A DNA stretch of 63,528 bases, counting the filler, from Folioceros fuciformis (lineage: Eukaryota): assembly GCA_049999805.1 (NCBI GenBank). It is 8 parts of 8 records of this genome, joined end to end, with 100 filler letters (N's around TTAATTAATTAA, not from the genome) between each part and the next. Parts side by side here need not be neighbours in the genome. Positions count along the whole stretch, not along the records: positions 42,880 to 63,528 come from JBNGIO010003894.1; 7 more parts are not named here. The stretch is one strand, 5' to 3'. This document shows, piece by piece, positions 61,126-63,528 of this stretch. The position numbers and the translations under genes were made by a program. How positions within the stretch are numbered: the first letter of the stretch is position 1; the number at the start of each line of letters is the position of its first letter. The notes beneath the pieces are model-generated. The model saw nothing but the letters and a program-made list of their open reading frames with translations. It was not told the origin of the DNA and ran no database searches.

Positions 61126-63528
61126 TGTCGCACACCTAGTAGTAGAGTCCGCACCGTAGGTCACGTCCACCATGGTAGGATAGCGAACTCACCAAAAATC
61201 TGGGTTCTAGACTACGCTAGAGTGATGGCCGTACCAACAAAACCACTTGGGAGTCTTGCCAAGCCGACGATCGCGTCACACCAACCGGCAGACTGCGACA
61301 AGGAGAACGAGAGTGATGGAAGCGGGGTGAGATGCGGATGACAAACGGGGGTAGGAGGCGTGATGTAGGATCACAAAGCGACAGATGCCGGGAAGGATGC
61401 TCTGGTTTGGGTGCTTACCTCAAGTTACCACTCCTGACTAGTTGTTGCAGTGTGACTTATCGGGTTTGTTCCTTGAACGTCGAAGTCATTCCACAATCTC
61501 TTGTGCAGGTTACAAACTTGACCATCGGATGGGGCAAGGTGAGCATAGCCTCCCGTCGAGGGTTCACACCGGGTATCCGGTGGAGAGCGGAACCCTCTCG
61601 ATGACGAGAATCTGGGGACACACCCCAAAGATGGTGAGCAGGAGAATGGAGATGGAGAGGAGAAGAAGAAGCTGGACACAAACTTAGAGCAATCCAAGGC
61701 CTCTGCTATGATAGCAAGTCCGTCCTTTATAGCAAAAGTGGGCTCGCAGCCCGAGAGATAGCGATAAATGCAAAATTATCCTAAGGCTTGGGTAGGCTAG
61801 TCTTGCCAAACAACAGCTGGCTCATCTTAATGAGCTGATGGTGGAGTGGGCGGTGTGGGTCTGGGTGAGGCAGGGCCCAAGGAAGATTTTGCTCCTCCAA
61901 TCGTTATTGGTTGGTTGGCATAGCCGGCTTAAGGAGACCGAACCAACAACTAGAGGTCCGTTGAGGAAGGTTTGGCGGCGGGGTGGTTAGGGCTGCTGGA
62001 GTTGTCCGTTCGCCCATAGGTGTTGGTCTTGTCAACACTGCCTCCGCCGTCTCGGTCAGGACCCGAAGTACTTCTTCATGGAAGAACGCATGACTGTCAT
62101 CCAACTATTGGATGGCATCAACTACCATTCTTTGGAGGGTCCTATACTCCGGTCACCATCGCGCCTCCGGGAGTTCAGTGTGTTGGGCCGTGACGGTGTT
62201 GACATGTCGACGGAGCTCTTCCAAGGCAGCGGAGGTGACTGTTGCCAATTCCCGAAGACAAAGGGCAAACTCATCTTCAATCTAAGCCCGGAGCAGGGTG
62301 ACCTCAATCAGGTCATCCTGGGTCTCGAAGTCGTCTAGTTGCGCCTCCAACTCCTCGGCCTTGCTCTGGAAGCTGTTCACTCGATTGACAAGTTGCTTCC
62401 TCTCCTGCTCCCAGACCTCTCCATGACTCTGCATGGTCTCGCGAGTCTAGGTGCGCTCGGTCTTTAGGGCGCGGACCTCTTGATGGGCTTCTTTTTGTGC
62501 CACCTGCGAGGTTCGTAGTTTGGCCCGCATCTCCTCCACTTGCTGAATGGTCTCCGCCAGCTTCTGAAAGGCCTTCTTCTTTGCTTCGAGAGCCCGGTTG
62601 CGCTCTTTCCTGTACCGATCCCAGTCCGACATGCTATCGGTAGGCAGCCAACAAATCTCGTTTTCTCCGTGCCTGCCGCTCCTCATCATGGATGGCCTCT
62701 ATTTCGGATCGCCACCTCTCTAGCTCTATGAGCCGCTCCGAGCTAGTTCTCCAGGTTCGTGTTTCGACTAGCGAGTTGGGCCTTAAGGTCCATTAGTTCT
62801 CGCAAATAGCGGTCGTACTCTTCTCAATACTTGGCTGACTCCTCCTACAGCTCGGTGCTATGCCCGGCTGCTTTCCCCCTTAGGTCGGATAATTGATTAG
62901 CCAACTCAGTTATCCGACTCTGAAGGGCGATCTTTTCGCCCTCTCGTGCCGCCACCTATCCGAAGGACCATGCAAGTCCTTCTGCCACACTAGCCACAAT
63001 TCCTTGGGCTGCTTGTGTGGCTCCCTCCGAGGTCGCTCCGGTGTAGAACAGTTGGGAGGTAGCTTGGCCCTCCCGAAGTCCAGATCACTCTCCTCGTAGG
63101 CTTTGGGTCCATGATACCTCCATCGATCATCGATCAAGTCCTCTAGGACTATCGATCGCGGGAGAGCTCTCCCGTGGTCCTCTTCCTCTTGCGCCGGAGT
63201 AGGAGTCGGTCGGGGAGCCGGGGGTAGGATCACTCCAGCATGAGGTGGACTCGGCAAGTGGGGACCCTTCCCCTTCTTTCGACCCTGTGGTGAAGGAGGC
63301 TCCTTGACATTGGAGGGTCCAATGCCATGCTTCTCGTTATAGTCCAATGGGGCCGCCAAGAGGACCAGCTCCATGCGGTCTGCTTTTTCCCGAATCTTGG
63401 GCGTTGGGCCAGTGGGGAGTATAGGAGCCAGGAGATCCTCTGTCTCTAGGTTGATAGGGGGTGGGGCACTCTGGATCGAAATCCTCCGTCCTTCAGTTGA
63501 CATGACCCGGAGTTGCCTCTTCTTGGGC
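61126..63528 (-). mobile_element. Probable LTR retroelement end with a decayed Pro-rich/coiled-coil ORF (61904-63503)
   Basis: Sharp AT-to-GC shift at TG 61126; minus-strand TATAAA near 61730. ORF pieces 62447-62689 and 61904-62104 share a frame with scattered stops. Confidence 0.5.

Overview
Eukaryotic nuclear DNA from a land plant. A seed-free plant (hornwort, lycophyte or fern type) is inferred from the short GC-rich introns and the PLS-class PPR gene. The window is not contiguous: seven artificial 100-nt linkers (N-run, TTAATTAATTAA, N-run) join eight unrelated scaffolds. The first ~33.6 kb is a mosaic of nested LTR retrotransposons: several Ty1/copia families, gypsy fragments and minisatellite arrays. 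The rest holds host genes: PILS auxin carrier, tRNA-Thr(CGT), an 11-exon lipid-A-disaccharide synthase (LpxB), a PLS-E+ PPR, a calmodulin-like protein, a coiled-coil protein and a pectate lyase. A CACTA end and an LTR-like element follow. Most notable: (1) the LpxB has cyanobacterial-type motifs and a transit-peptide-like leader, unlike the known mitochondrial plant LpxB; (2) one copia family carries a conserved antisense transmembrane ORF between pol and the PPT, has non-canonical TA...TA LTR ends, and one copy lacks an exact GT-AG segment; (3) three related copia elements carry an extra basic/coiled-coil ORF upstream of gag.
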